From Eutreptiella sp. 'Long Island Sound 2002' (taxonomy: Eukaryota > Protista > Euglenida): a stretch of DNA of 64,000 bases. Positions 1 to 11,200 of the stretch are shown piece after piece. The position numbers and the translations under genes were made by a program. The stretch lies in the NCBI GenBank assembly GCA_964036045.1, contig OZ038378.1, positions 2,728,001 through 2,792,000 of the forward strand, in the 5' to 3' direction. Below the pieces are notes generated by a model, which did no database searches, was not told the origin of the DNA, and saw only the letters and a list, made by a program, of their open reading frames with translations. Every line of letters begins with the position of its first letter. The first letter of the stretch is position 1.

Positions 1-76
1 CATGTTCAGCGCCAGCGCACTTGGGAAAATCCTATGTTTTTGGCTCTTGCGGCTGTTCTGGCGCCTCCGCGCCAAA

Positions 77-106
77 TTTCTCCGGATAAGGCCTTATCCG
101 GAGAAA
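77..106. repeat. Perfect 30-bp palindrome TTTCTCCGGATAAGG|CCTTATCCGGAGAAA
   Basis: 77-91 is the exact reverse complement of 92-106, with no spacer. Confidence 0.9.
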
Positions 107-1794
107 ACGCGTTTCTTCGGATAACACTTGCGTAGGAAAGCGCATGCAGACCGCGCAAGCGGTCACGCGCTCCGCAGAACTTCTGCTGCTTCCCCCTAGC
201 CACAAGAGGCCTCCATACCTCCCATTGTGCACAATCGTATAGCACGGCGTTAAATGCACACACGAAAACATGCCCGTGGATTCGGGCTTCTACATGCTAC
301 TGGGACCCCAGTATGTGCTTATTTTTTGCAAACTATCTTTGCAGATGGTTATGGGCATTTCTTCGCTGTTTTGTGCCTTCTTCTTTGTCCTTGCCCACTG
401 ATGAGTGTGTGCCAATAGTGTCATCAACGATTAAACCCTTGACGAACACCCTTGCATGTCATCTTTGCGTTGTTGCGTGGTTTGTTGTTTGCGTTGAGTT
501 TCAAACTCAAAAAAGGTGAAAACTTTTTTCACCAAAAAAAAAACAGCCACAACTTATGTAGATTTCAATTTCACATACACTCTTACAATTTTTTTGGTGT
601 CGGACTCTTTCAACCTTTTGTTTTTCTTGATTTATTAATGTTGGTTGGGGGACTGCTTGGCAGGGACAGTTGCCAGCCCGCAGCCTGATCACAGAGCCGC
701 ACAGGCGACCGCGGTTGATACGACAACGAACAACAGTACAATAGACATTTAGATATACTAGAGAGAGAGAAAGCCACAAACGAAAGTCGATGGTAGATAC
801 TCCACTAATGTGTTTGCGAAAAGCCTCAGCCCAGACTCTCGAGCTTAAAACCCCAAACTAAAGTGTGCACAGCACAATAACCCAATTCAATAGGTTCACA
901 CAGTAGACATCCACCAAGCACGAAAACTGCAAGGCAACTGGAGCACCTCGCTTGTCTTTGATCGTTAATGTGTTCACCTCTCAACTTGCTCAGCTCAACA
1001 GTTCCCACCTCTTGTACATTAAATTTGGGAAACTCTTCCTACTTCGAAACACCACGCCAACCTGAGCAGGTGACAAAAACGCATGAGTGGACCTGAATTC
1101 GGACTTACTCGTGCGGTCCTTCACATCTCATTCGTCACCTCCTGCAGTACGAATGGGGGTGGATCCACTGACCGCAGCCCTTAGTGCAGTAACATGCAAA
1201 TTATGGGAAAAACATGGGAGTGTGCTAGATCCATTGTCCGTACCCCAATCCATACATGAGACAAATTGATTGGTTACAATACCCATTGGTTGCGGCATCC
1301 AAGGCATGAGAACTAGAGCACTCTACACCACCATGGGCAGCTCACGCCCGTGTGTAGCAAAGTGCACACCGATTCATTTTGCACCAGGTCGCCCCAGGGA
1401 ATTTTTTCAAAATTTTCCGGTCTTCGTTTTCATCATGCATGTAGACAAGGAGAGCTTGCTCGCGCTACTTCGGTTTTGTGGTCTCCGGTTTTGGCTATTA
1501 TGGCTTCTAAACAGGCCACCCTTGTTGGCACGTGCTCGTCCCGCTTCGTTGCATTGTCAATGGTGTCACGACTTGAGATTACTTCCTTGTCTTGCGGATA
1601 CCAAATCCGTTGCTTGCTCTTCTGGCACAGAAGAAAGCAGGCACTAGAAAACCGGTGCTAACATATTCCCATGAGTAGTTTTTGAAGCAATGGGCGCAAT
1701 GTGGTTCACAAACGGAGGTAACGTACATTGCTGGTGCAAGCACACTTCGGGCTCGTGCCGAGGCTTGTCAACAAACCCACGGAGACGGGCAATG

Positions 1795-1902
1795 ATGCTA
1801 TGGTCCTAGGGTGCGGAACACCGTTTCTATGAATGCCCGCAAGTGCAAGGAATCCCTCACTGCCACAACTGTGATGAACCCGGGCATGAAACCCGGGAAT
1901 GA
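1795..1902 (+). mobile_element. Decayed tandem CCHC zinc knuckles (gag/ORF1-like retroelement relic)
   Basis: 1861-1902 reads C-HN-C-DEPG-H-ETRE-stop, i.e. CX2CX4HX4C with the last Cys replaced by TGA. The same frame upstream has H-RFYE-C (1819-1836), a remnant of a second knuckle with a stop and a frameshift. Confidence 0.5.
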
Positions 1903-4480
1903 AAGGAGTCATACGCCGTGAAGCCACGAGCCCATAGTGATTCATGACAATCAGAAGCCAAGCATTAAGGTGTCCACGAAATCCGCAAACCTCTTGGACT
2001 GCGGCCCAGTACGGGCCTTAAAGTGAACATTGATTGCAAAAAAAAACCTCTTGGGCTCAACAATCGACAGGTTGCTCACCATCATTGACGATGAGATGCC
2101 CTTAGCTTTGACAACGAAACACATGTACAAAAAATGATCAACGAAATCTAGAAGATCACAGGACGATCTGTTCACCAAAGTCAAAAAACATGGTCCCTCA
2201 ACCCGTGCGAAAGGATGTGGTCCAGGTGCGACTGTTGCACCTAAGACACACGGCCACGGGACTGGCATGAATAAGGAGGAGGCGCAGTGCGTGGTAAAAT
2301 TGGAGACCAACATTGCGACTTGAAAGTGAACATGGCACAATTGAAGGAGCAGAATCAACAAATCAATAACACGCGTTTGGATGACATGTCACAATCCATG
2401 GAGAACACGGAGGTCGCAAGACAAAAGGACAGCTATATCCTCGCGATGCTAGCCACCCATTTCAAGTTGGGATCACTGAACATGAACAACAACGGATGAC
2501 CGGTTGCAGACCTGTACTTGGTCCACGGTACCCCAATGCAACGCATAACGTGTGCCCAATCGCAGATGCACCCAGGTGTAGTACCGGAAATGCCCGAGAA
2601 GGACGAGGAGATGCGTGATGCACATGGGGCAAAGCAACCTATCCCATTCCCCTGAAAATCGATTTCACGGGGGCAACACTGAGGTAAAACCACGCAGAGT
2701 TACTGTACAACGCCACACAAAACCGCCACTTGCCCGCGTGGCATTGTGCACGCGTAAGGGCACAACCTCGCGGCTAGCCAACCTAGCGCGAGCACAGAAG
2801 CGCACACGAACACGACCAGCGCAAGTCACAGTACCACCCGACCCAGATAGCCCACAACACACACACGGCACGCACGTCGAGACAAACTGACTAGACACAG
2901 GGCCACGGCCACACATGGAAGTGCACCCACCCACCCTCCCCACCAAGAGAAGTGGAACCCACAATACACATGTCAAACCCCAAACAGGCCCGGTTTTCGA
3001 ACTGGTCCAGGGGTCAAACCGAGGTGCAACTAGGGAACATGTCCCTTGACATGACTCCTACTCGTTGCTTTATCTCGGTAACCAAAACACACAATGCCTC
3101 TTAGCGTGTACAATGCATGCATGGGCATAGTACACATGTAGGTCCTTGCTAGCACACCTCGTGGTGGGCTGGGCCCATAAATGCATGGGTCCAATCAAGC
3201 ATGTGTACGAGGCTGGGACATGCACATGCGATGAAACCGGACCCTCAGTGAATGGAAAAGACTGATTCAGGTCAGATAGGCACCGCCAGTGCTCGCTTCA
3301 CCTTTTACCAGGTAATGGCCGTTTGAGAAGCCGTTTTCTTTTCTTTCTCTGCTTTGCCAGTCTTCGTACCAAGTGAATGGGCAATGCAAGAGCAAGCACT
3401 GATACTACTGGACGAAGAGGATCCCTAGACACGGACGCTTCCAACGCTCCCCTTGCGCTGAAAATGGTGGGCAAATGCGCTGGAATGGCCCACCCTCCGA
3501 AATAATACCCCCCCCCCCCCTGTACCCAGTTGGTACTATAGTGCTAGTGAAAATGTGCCTGCCGACACCCCACAACCCGCACGTAGTACGGCGGGCGGTC
3601 ATGCAAGGCCCAGGGTACAATCAGCATTGGCAGCTCTGCCGATCATCAACTTGAAGATAGCACTCAGACTACCTGTGCGAAGCGTGCCACAGGGTATGCG
3701 ACAACCACGGAAACTGCCGGATAATGAGGGAACCATGCCCTGACAACAAAAGCAACGTGCCCATAAACACATGCCAACACAGCCCATAGCCCCTAGAACA
3801 CGATCACACACCCCACATCGGAAAAGCGACCCCAACCAAAGAAACCTGGTGACACTGGAGCCTGGTTATACGCAGAGGACACACCCACCCAAGCAAAAGG
3901 CAAAACCGGCATGAAGGTAGCCGCAGAAACAAGCACAAGTCAGAGTATCCATTCGTATGCGACACACAGTGCAGGTGGTGGCATCAGGGACGGAAACCCA
4001 TATGCAGGGTTGGCAATTGTTCCAATTCCATGACATGTGGGATCAGCGCTGCAGGCGCCCCACCTGAACTTGATGCGGGTCCTATAAATGAGTAAGTGAG
4101 ACCCAACCGTGCAACCGATAGGATGTACGACGTCATGCATAGTAACTGTTGACCCTTTGCAGGCTCTCGGGGCATCGCAGGGTCTGGGGATTCGGGCTAG
4201 ACTTGGGGCTTAGGGGGTTATGAGGTGTGACAAGTGATTCTGGGGGGGGGGCAGCAGAAAATGAGCTTCATGAAGTGTTTCAGAGCAATACACAGGGGGG
4301 CGGGGCGTTTACCACGCCGTATCCAAAATCCCACACTTATAATGACCCGCCGCTTCTAGGGTCTGGCCATTTGTGTTGGCCGAGGATGAGAATCAAACCA
4401 ATAGTCGGGGGGCGTTGAGTGCAGTGCCGCATCAGCCGGAGGGCAGGCCGTTGCACTTGACGGTCAACTGGGGGCAGGTC

Positions 4481-4507
4481 ACGTTCTGAGTGCCTGCCTT
4501 GTTTCAG
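4481..4507 (+). other. Relic euglenid spliced-leader-like sequence upstream of the PAP gene
   Basis: ACGTTCTGAGTGCCTGCCTTGTTTCA matches the euglenid SL as I recall it (ACTTTCTGAGTGTCTATTTTTTTTCG) at 19/26 positions without gaps. It ends 18 nt before the ATG. Confidence 0.6.
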
Positions 4508-4525
4508 GTCGGCTCTTCTGTGGCC

Positions 4526-6100
4526 ATGCACCTGCATGCACTGGCCCTGTACTGGGCTGTGGCCCTCACAGACGCCATGTTTGACGGGATTTACCCGCAT
4601 CACGAGCATCCTCCCAACTGCAAACACGGTTGTGCCCTCTGGTCGGATTTGGCTGCAGATGGCTGCGCGGCGTCTCAGTCCGAAGCCAATGCGCTGTGGT
4701 CCGGAGGCGTGCCGCCCGCCGCGGCCTCACGATTCTGTGCAACCCCAGCCCACAATCCCGGCGAAAATGCGGGCTGGTGCTATTGCCGGGACAGCGGCTC
4801 TGAGGCATGGGGTTACTGCACGCCGTCTTTGCACTACCCTTCAGAGCTCGGGGTCTATCCCGTGAAAGACGGTGCTGTGGTCATTGCCTTCGTGACGCTC
4901 AGTCAGAATCAGTCCGATGGGGCGCCTGAGGTCACAGTCGAGCCTTCGCCTTCAAAGCCCGTGAACTCCTGGAGCATGTGCCCTGCTGGCGGCACTGCCA
5001 CCCACCGAGTCATGCACTTTGTTTTCTTGGGAGGCCTCGCTCCCTCTGTGCTCTACAAATACCGTGTGAGAAGTGGGTCCCCAGAGGCCCCCTGGAGCGA
5101 TTTTGGTACTTTCGTGAGTCTGCCGGAGGCTGGCGCCGCCACACCGTTCACCTTTGCGATTTGGGCAGATATGGGGGTGTACTCCTGGAACAATATGGAC
5201 AGTGTAATTGCAAACTTTGAGGCTCGAACCATCGCATTCGCCGCGCACATTGGGGACCATGGCTACGACATTGGGGATCTTGGGCGTGGGGACGGCTATT
5301 TCGATGCGATCTCTGCCATGTACACCAAAGGGCTCTTCGTACCGGGCGTTGGGAATCATGAGTACTACCACGACCATTTCCATAGGTACGACGCATATAC
5401 GAGTGGGATCGCGAAGTACAACCCGTCGCATTCTCAAAAATACTACAGTCTCAACATCGGCCAGCTGCATCTCATTGTTCTGGATTCCACGCCATATTTT
5501 GACATGCCGGGCAGCGACAAGGCCCAGCAAAGGGAGTGGTTGGAAGCGGATTTGAAGCAGGTGAACCGGACGCGCACGCCTTGGATCCTGATGACAGCTC
5601 ATCACCCGTTGTACTGCTCCTCCATCACTTTCTATGACGATGACGCCAAGGCACAGCGCTACGGGGCCAACTATTCCAGCCAAGGGGGCTTCCAAGGATG
5701 CGTGGGATCGGGGGAGGAGCAGGTGGCTGCCATGCGAGCGGACTGGGAGCCGCTCATGCTGGCATATGGTGTGGACGTCTACATGTGTGGGCACGAGCAT
5801 AACTATGAGTCCATTTACCCTGTGGCCAAAGGGAAGCGGATACAGAGCAGTTTCACGGACCCCCGTGCCCCCGTACACATAGTCAGCGGTGCTGGAGGTG
5901 CCCCAACGTTGGACCAGTTCGGCCCTCCCGGGCCATGGACACGGTTGCAGCTCAATAACGCCTGGAGCTACTCCAAAGTGACGGTGCTCGGGGCACATGC
6001 ACTGAAGTGGCAGCAATATTTCAACAGTTATTATGGGGGAGGGCTCGCTGACGAGTTTGTTATAACCCAAACTGCACACGGACCGTTCAGAGGGAATTGA
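4526..6100 (+). CDS. Secreted purple acid phosphatase (ACP7/PAP-like metallophosphoesterase) with N-terminal Cys-rich kringle-like module; intronless
   Basis: All five PAP motif blocks are present (DMG, GDHGY, GNHE, TAHH, GHEH), preceded by an FN3-like PAP N-domain (...YKYRVRSG...WS...F). The hydrophobic N-terminus MHLHALALYWAVALTDA looks like a signal peptide. ATG 4526 follows a TTGTTTCAG acceptor, so the ORF-track start at 4490 is not used. Confidence 0.92.
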   Translation: MHLHALALYWAVALTDAMFDGIYPHHEHPPNCKHGCALWSDLAADGCAASQSEANALWSGGVPPAAASRFCATPAHNPGENAGWCYCRDSGSEAWGYCTPSLHYPSELGVYPVKDGAVVIAFVTLSQNQSDGAPEVTVEPSPSKPVNSWSMCPAGGTATHRVMHFVFLGGLAPSVLYKYRVRSGSPEAPWSDFGTFVSLPEAGAATPFTFAIWADMGVYSWNNMDSVIANFEARTIAFAAHIGDHGYDIGDLGRGDGYFDAISAMYTKGLFVPGVGNHEYYHDHFHRYDAYTSGIAKYNPSHSQKYYSLNIGQLHLIVLDSTPYFDMPGSDKAQQREWLEADLKQVNRTRTPWILMTAHHPLYCSSITFYDDDAKAQRYGANYSSQGGFQGCVGSGEEQVAAMRADWEPLMLAYGVDVYMCGHEHNYESIYPVAKGKRIQSSFTDPRAPVHIVSGAGGAPTLDQFGPPGPWTRLQLNNAWSYSKVTVLGAHALKWQQYFNSYYGGGLADEFVITQTAHGPFRGN

Positions 6101-6202
6101 TGTCCAACCTCCGATTCATTTCTGTTGCAGTGGATTGCTTTAGCCTTTTGCTGCACTGACCTCTATTTTGTTTCTCTCCCTAGCCACAGCTTGCGCCCAA
6201 GC

Positions 6203-6740
6203 CAGGCTTCGTTTATAAGAGCTATTTTGCAATGGGGGGGGGTGTCTGGGTGGGTGGGTCTTCAGCCGGGTGGGTGGGTCTGAAGCTCTGGACCCCCCCC
6301 CCTTTATAATTCTGAGTGTCTCCTGGGTTGGGCTCCAGCCACCCCTTCTTTCTTTGGTCACAGGTGCCTTGTCTGGCTGTTTGCTGGTGCCCCCTTCCGC
6401 TTGTGCAGACACCATGCCAAAATCTCCTTGTGGTTGTGGGGCACTGGTTGGAGCCTCTGAGCAGCTACCGGCGGGGTCGTACATTTCTTGGCATGTACGG
6501 CAGCATCAATGGGTGCCTTGCATATTGATGGTTTCCTTTTTGCTATATGTGTCACCCTTTGGGGCTGGGATGCCTAACCCGGGAGAGCGCCTTGGCTTCA
6601 ATTTGGTTTGCAAAAAATGCTCCCCACAGAATTATAAGGGGGGGGGGTCTGGGTGGGTCAAAAGTCGGGTGGGTGGGTCCAAAGTTGGGTGGGTGGGTCT
6701 TGTCCAAAATACTCCCCCCCCCTCTTATAAACGAAGCCTG
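6203..6740. mobile_element. hAT-type MITE (538 bp)
   Basis: Perfect 19-bp TIRs CAGGCTTCGTTTATAAGAG (6203-6221) and CTCTTATAAACGAAGCCTG (6722-6740), flanked by an exact 8-bp duplication GCCCAAGC (6195-6202, 6741-6748). An 8-bp TSD and a CAGG terminus are hAT hallmarks. No coding capacity. Confidence 0.9.
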
Positions 6741-6748
6741 GCCCAAGC

Positions 6749-6900
6749 CATAGCTCTCGCTAGTTTCAGCTCTAGCCCCGGCTACAGCCCTAGCCTTAGC
6801 CCTAATGCTAATATCAGCCGAGACCTAGCCCCAGCTCTCGCCTCACTTCCAGCTCTGGCCCCAGCTCTGGCCCTCACTTTAGCCCCAGTCTTCCCCGTCT
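6749..6900. repeat. Degenerate hexamer-phased run (AGCCCT/AGCCCC-like)
   Basis: Six-base periodicity, e.g. CTAGCC CCGGCT ACAGCC CTAGCC TTAGCC CTAATG. Confidence 0.55.
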
Positions 6901-7059
6901 TCCCTTCAGTCACATTCCTAGCCTGATCGCCTGCATAACCCTGGCCCGAGGCATCCTAGCAATTATTATCATTGCTGCCATCAATCTCCATCACGAGCTG
7001 TCTTTTGATTGGCGCCCCGCGTACTTGTGGTTCAGTTCCTTCGCCACGAAATGGACCTC

Positions 7060-7795
7060 GGGAGTCCAAGAGGTTCAATGGTGAACCCCCTTTTTGACAC
7101 CACGGACCTTCCATGCCCTCTGTGTCCCAAATTCACCCTCAAGATCCTGCGTTGCATTTTGCCAATTGCGACGTCTTGGAAGCATTCAGGACCAGAATGT
7201 TGTACCTGGGATGTCCAGTGCGTTCGGGTAGTACAGTGTCCGGTGTGGGAAAGCTGGCTATTGGCTTGCTCCCTGGTCCCCTTATCTTCAAAAGATGCGG
7301 TACTTTCTTGTCATACCCCACGGGGGAAACATGCCTCCGTTCAGTTAGTGTGTAAGTCGATGCCTGCTCGAGAAAACGCGTCTCAGATTGTCAAAGACGT
7401 TCCAGGCGAAAGGGAAGCTGGATTTTCACTTAGGGGGGGAAGCCCCAAAGAAATGTTGGATGGGACTGCAGTCTTTTACATCGGATCCCTCAGCTCATGC
7501 CGACCCCGACCACAATGCACTTTCCACTGAAACAGCGTTGCATTGTTTTCCTGGTGTGGCGATGGCCGAACATGGTGCCAACCTGATTGGCAACTTTTAA
7601 TCAAGGGGAGTGGCGCTCAGGGAACTATGGGCGGAGGTGTTAGATATGGTAGCAGTGAGGGCAGAGCTGTTTGCACCACAGTGGGTGCCGTCCAACAGGA
7701 ACATCTTTGGTCATGATTGGACAGATGAGTTGGTGGAACAGGGTTGGGTTTGGCCTCAGTTGAATGGATACAGTCATGTTGCACAGGGTTAGCCT
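7060..7795 (+). mobile_element. Decayed DIRS-like (tyrosine-recombinase retrotransposon) RT and downstream domains
   Basis: RT motifs occur in the expected order and spacing despite frameshifts: DL...PKFTL, D-VLEAF, LAIGLLPGPLIF (LPFGL..AP.IF) and V-stop-VDA (YVDD) at ~7350-7364. Downstream ELFA...NIFGHDW...WVWP resembles the DIRS methyltransferase-like domain. Confidence 0.68.
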
Positions 7796-7799
7796 GCAG

Positions 7800-8002
7800 G
7801 GGTGGGGGTGGGGGGTCAGGGTTGACACTACATTGTATACCTGCACATGTGGGTTCATGGCATGGTGCTGCTTCCTAACAGCTGACAGTACGTTGACCAG
7901 GTTGTGCCGACCACTGACCTGCCCTTTTGGTCTACCCCCCTCCATTTTTGTTGTAATCAACCACGCCTTGAATTCGGCGTAATGTAATTCATCAATCGAC
8001 AT
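7800..8002 (-). pseudogene. Possible tyrosine-recombinase N-terminal fragment, antisense to the RT
   Basis: ELHYAEFKAWL...NVLSAVRKQH resembles the 'f..wL...yLSAir..H' core-binding segment of tyrosine recombinases. No catalytic R-H-R-Y residues are visible. Confidence 0.3.
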
Positions 8003-8274
8003 ATTGATTGATATGGATCGAAATATGTGTCCTCCGTCCCATGCCTCATGCAGCAGGGCACCCTGTCATGCGGACACTGCATCAACCCCCTTCCCTCTTT
8101 TTTTAGGAGCTGTTGGACTCCGGTCTTTGGTCGGTGCCTTCTGCCACCCTTTTGAGTGTTGCGAAAGTGAACGTGACCAATGTGTTTTCCAAACGGGCGT
8201 GTTGGGTCATGACTAGGGAATGGCTGACCACGTGGGAACACATATCACAAATTTGTGGAGGTGGCGTGGCGCAG

Positions 8275-11200
8275 GGCCATTGCACTTGGGCCATTAACTT
8301 CAGCCATGCACTTGGGCCATTAACTTTAGCCATGCACTTGGGCCATGAACTTTAGCCATGCACTTGGGCCATTAACTTCAGCCATGCACTTGGGCCATTA
8401 ACTTCAGCCATGCACTTGGGCCATTAACTTTAGCCATGCACTTGGGCCATGAACTTTAGCCATGCACTTGGGCCATTAACTTTAGCCATGCACTTGGGCC
8501 ATTAACTTTAGCCATGCACTTGGGCCATGAACTTTAGCCATGCACTTGGGCCATTAACTTAAGCCATGCACTTGGGCCATTAACTTTAGCCATGCACTTG
8601 GGCCATGAACTTTAGCCATGCACTTGGGCCATGAACTTAAGCCATGCACTTGGGCCATTAACTTCAGCCATGCACTTGGGCCATTAACTTTAGCCATGCA
8701 CTTGGGCCATGAACTTAAGCCATGCACTTGGGCCATTAACTTAAGCCATGCACTTGGGCCATTAACTTTAGCCATGCACTTGGGCCATGAACTTTAGCCA
8801 TGCACTTGGGCCATGAACTTTAGCCATGCACTTGGGCCATTAACTTTAGCCATGCACTTGGGCCATGAACTTTAGCCATGCACTTGGGCCATGAACTTAA
8901 GCCATGCACTTGGGCCATTAACTTAAGCCATGCACTTGGGCCATTAACTTAAGCCATGCACTTGGGCCATGAACTTTAGCCATGCACTTGGGCCATTAAC
9001 TTTAGCCATGCACTTGGGCCATGAACTTAAGCCATGCACTTGGGCCATTAACTTAAGCCATGCACTTGGGCCATTAACTTTAGCCATGCACTTGGGCCAT
9101 GAACTTAAGCCATGCACTTGGGCCATTAACTTAAGCCATGCACTTGGGCCATTAACTTTAGCCATGCACTTGGGCCATGAACTTTAGCCATGCACTTGGG
9201 CCATGAACTTAAGCCATGCACTTGGGCCATTAACTTCAGCCATGCACTTGGGCCATTAACTTTAGCCATGCACTTGGGCCATGAACTTTAGCCATGCACT
9301 TGGGCCATTAACTTTAGCCATGCACTTGGGCCATGAACTTAAGCCATGCACTTGGGCCATTAACTTCAGCCATGCACTTGGGCCATTAACTTTAGCCATG
9401 CACTTGGGCCATTAACTTAAGCCATGCACTTGGGCCATTAACTTTAGCCATGCACTTGGGCCATGAACTTTAGCCATTTGCGTGGGCCATTAACTTAAGC
9501 CATGCACTTGGGCCATGAACTTAAGCCATGCACTTGGGCCATTAACTTAAGCCATGCACTTGGGCCATTAACTTAAGCCATGCACTTGGGCCATTAACTT
9601 AAGCCATGCACTTGGGCCATTAACTTAAGCCATGCACTTGGGCCATTAACTTAAGCCATGCACTTGGGCCATGAACTTTAGCCATGCACTTGGGCCATTA
9701 ACTTTAGCCATGCACTTGGGCCATTAACTTCAGCCATGCACTTGGGCCATTAACTTAAGCCATGCACTTGGGCCATTAACTTTAGCCATGCACTTGGGCC
9801 ATGAACTTTAGCCATTTGCGTGGGCCATTAACTTAAGCCATGCACTTGGGCCATGAACTTAAGCCATGCACTTGGGCCATTAACTTAAGCCATGCACTTG
9901 GGCCATTAACTTAAGCCATGCACTTGGGCCATTAACTTAAGCCATGCACTTGGGCCATTAACTTAAGCCATGCACTTGGGCCATTAACTTAAGCCATGCA
10001 CTTGGGCCATGAACTTTAGCCATTTGCGTGGGCTATTAACTTAAGCCATGCACTTGGGCCATGAACTTAAGCCATGCACTTGGGCCATTAACTTAAGCCA
10101 TGCACTTGGGCCATTAACTTAAGCCATTGCACTTGGGCCATTAACTTAAGCCATGCACTTGGGCCATGAACTTTAGCCATTTGCGTGGGCCATTAACTTA
10201 AGCCATGCACTTGGGCCATGAACTTAAGCCATGCACTTGGGCCATTAACTTAAGCCATGCACTTGGGCCATTAACTTAAGCCATGCACTTGGGCCATTAA
10301 CTTAAGCCATGCACTTGGGCCATTAACTTAAGCCATGCACTTGGGCCATTAACTTAAGCCATGCACTTGGGCCATTAACTTTAGCCATGCACTTGGGCCA
10401 TTAACTTCAGCCATGCACTTGGGCCATGAACTTTAGCCATGCACTTGGGCCATGAACTTAAGCCATGCACTTGGGCCATTAACTTAAGCCATGCACTTGG
10501 GCCATTAACTTTAGCCATGCACTTGGGCCATTAACTTTAGCCATGCACTTGGGCCATTAACTTCAGCCATGCACTTGGGCCATTAACTTCAGCCATGCAC
10601 TTGGGCCATGAACTTTAGCCATGCACTTGGGCCATGAACTTTAGCCATTTGCGTGGGCCATTAACTTAAGCCATGCACTTGGGCCATGAACTTAAGCCAT
10701 GCACTTGGGCCATTAACTTAAGCCATGCACTTGGGCCATTAACTTCAGCCATGCACTTGGGCCATTAACTTAAGCCATGCACTTGGGCCATTAACTTTAG
10801 CCATGCACTTGGGCCATTAACTTTAGCCATGCACTTGGGCCATTAACTTAAGCCATGCACTTGGGCCATTAACTTTAGCCATGCACTTGGGCCATTAACT
10901 TTAGCCATGCACTTGGGCCATTAACTTCAGCCATGCACTTGGGCCATTAACTTCAGCCATGCACTTGGGCCATGAACTTTAGCCATGCACTTGGGCCATG
11001 AACTTAAGCCATGCACTTGGGCCATTAACTTCAGCCATGCACTTGGGCCATTAACTTAAGCCATGCACTTGGGCCATTAACTTTAGCCATGCACTTGGGC
11101 CATTAACTTCAGCCATGCACTTGGGCCATTAACTTCAGCCATGCATTTGGGCCATGAACTTTAGCCATGCACTTGGGCCATTAACTTAAGCCATGCACTT

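Noticed and set aside
6310-6321. Exact 12-nt SL core TTCTGAGTGTCT
   Set aside because: It overlaps an internal inverted repeat of the hAT MITE, lacks the T-rich SL tail, and has no downstream gene or SL-RNA structure.
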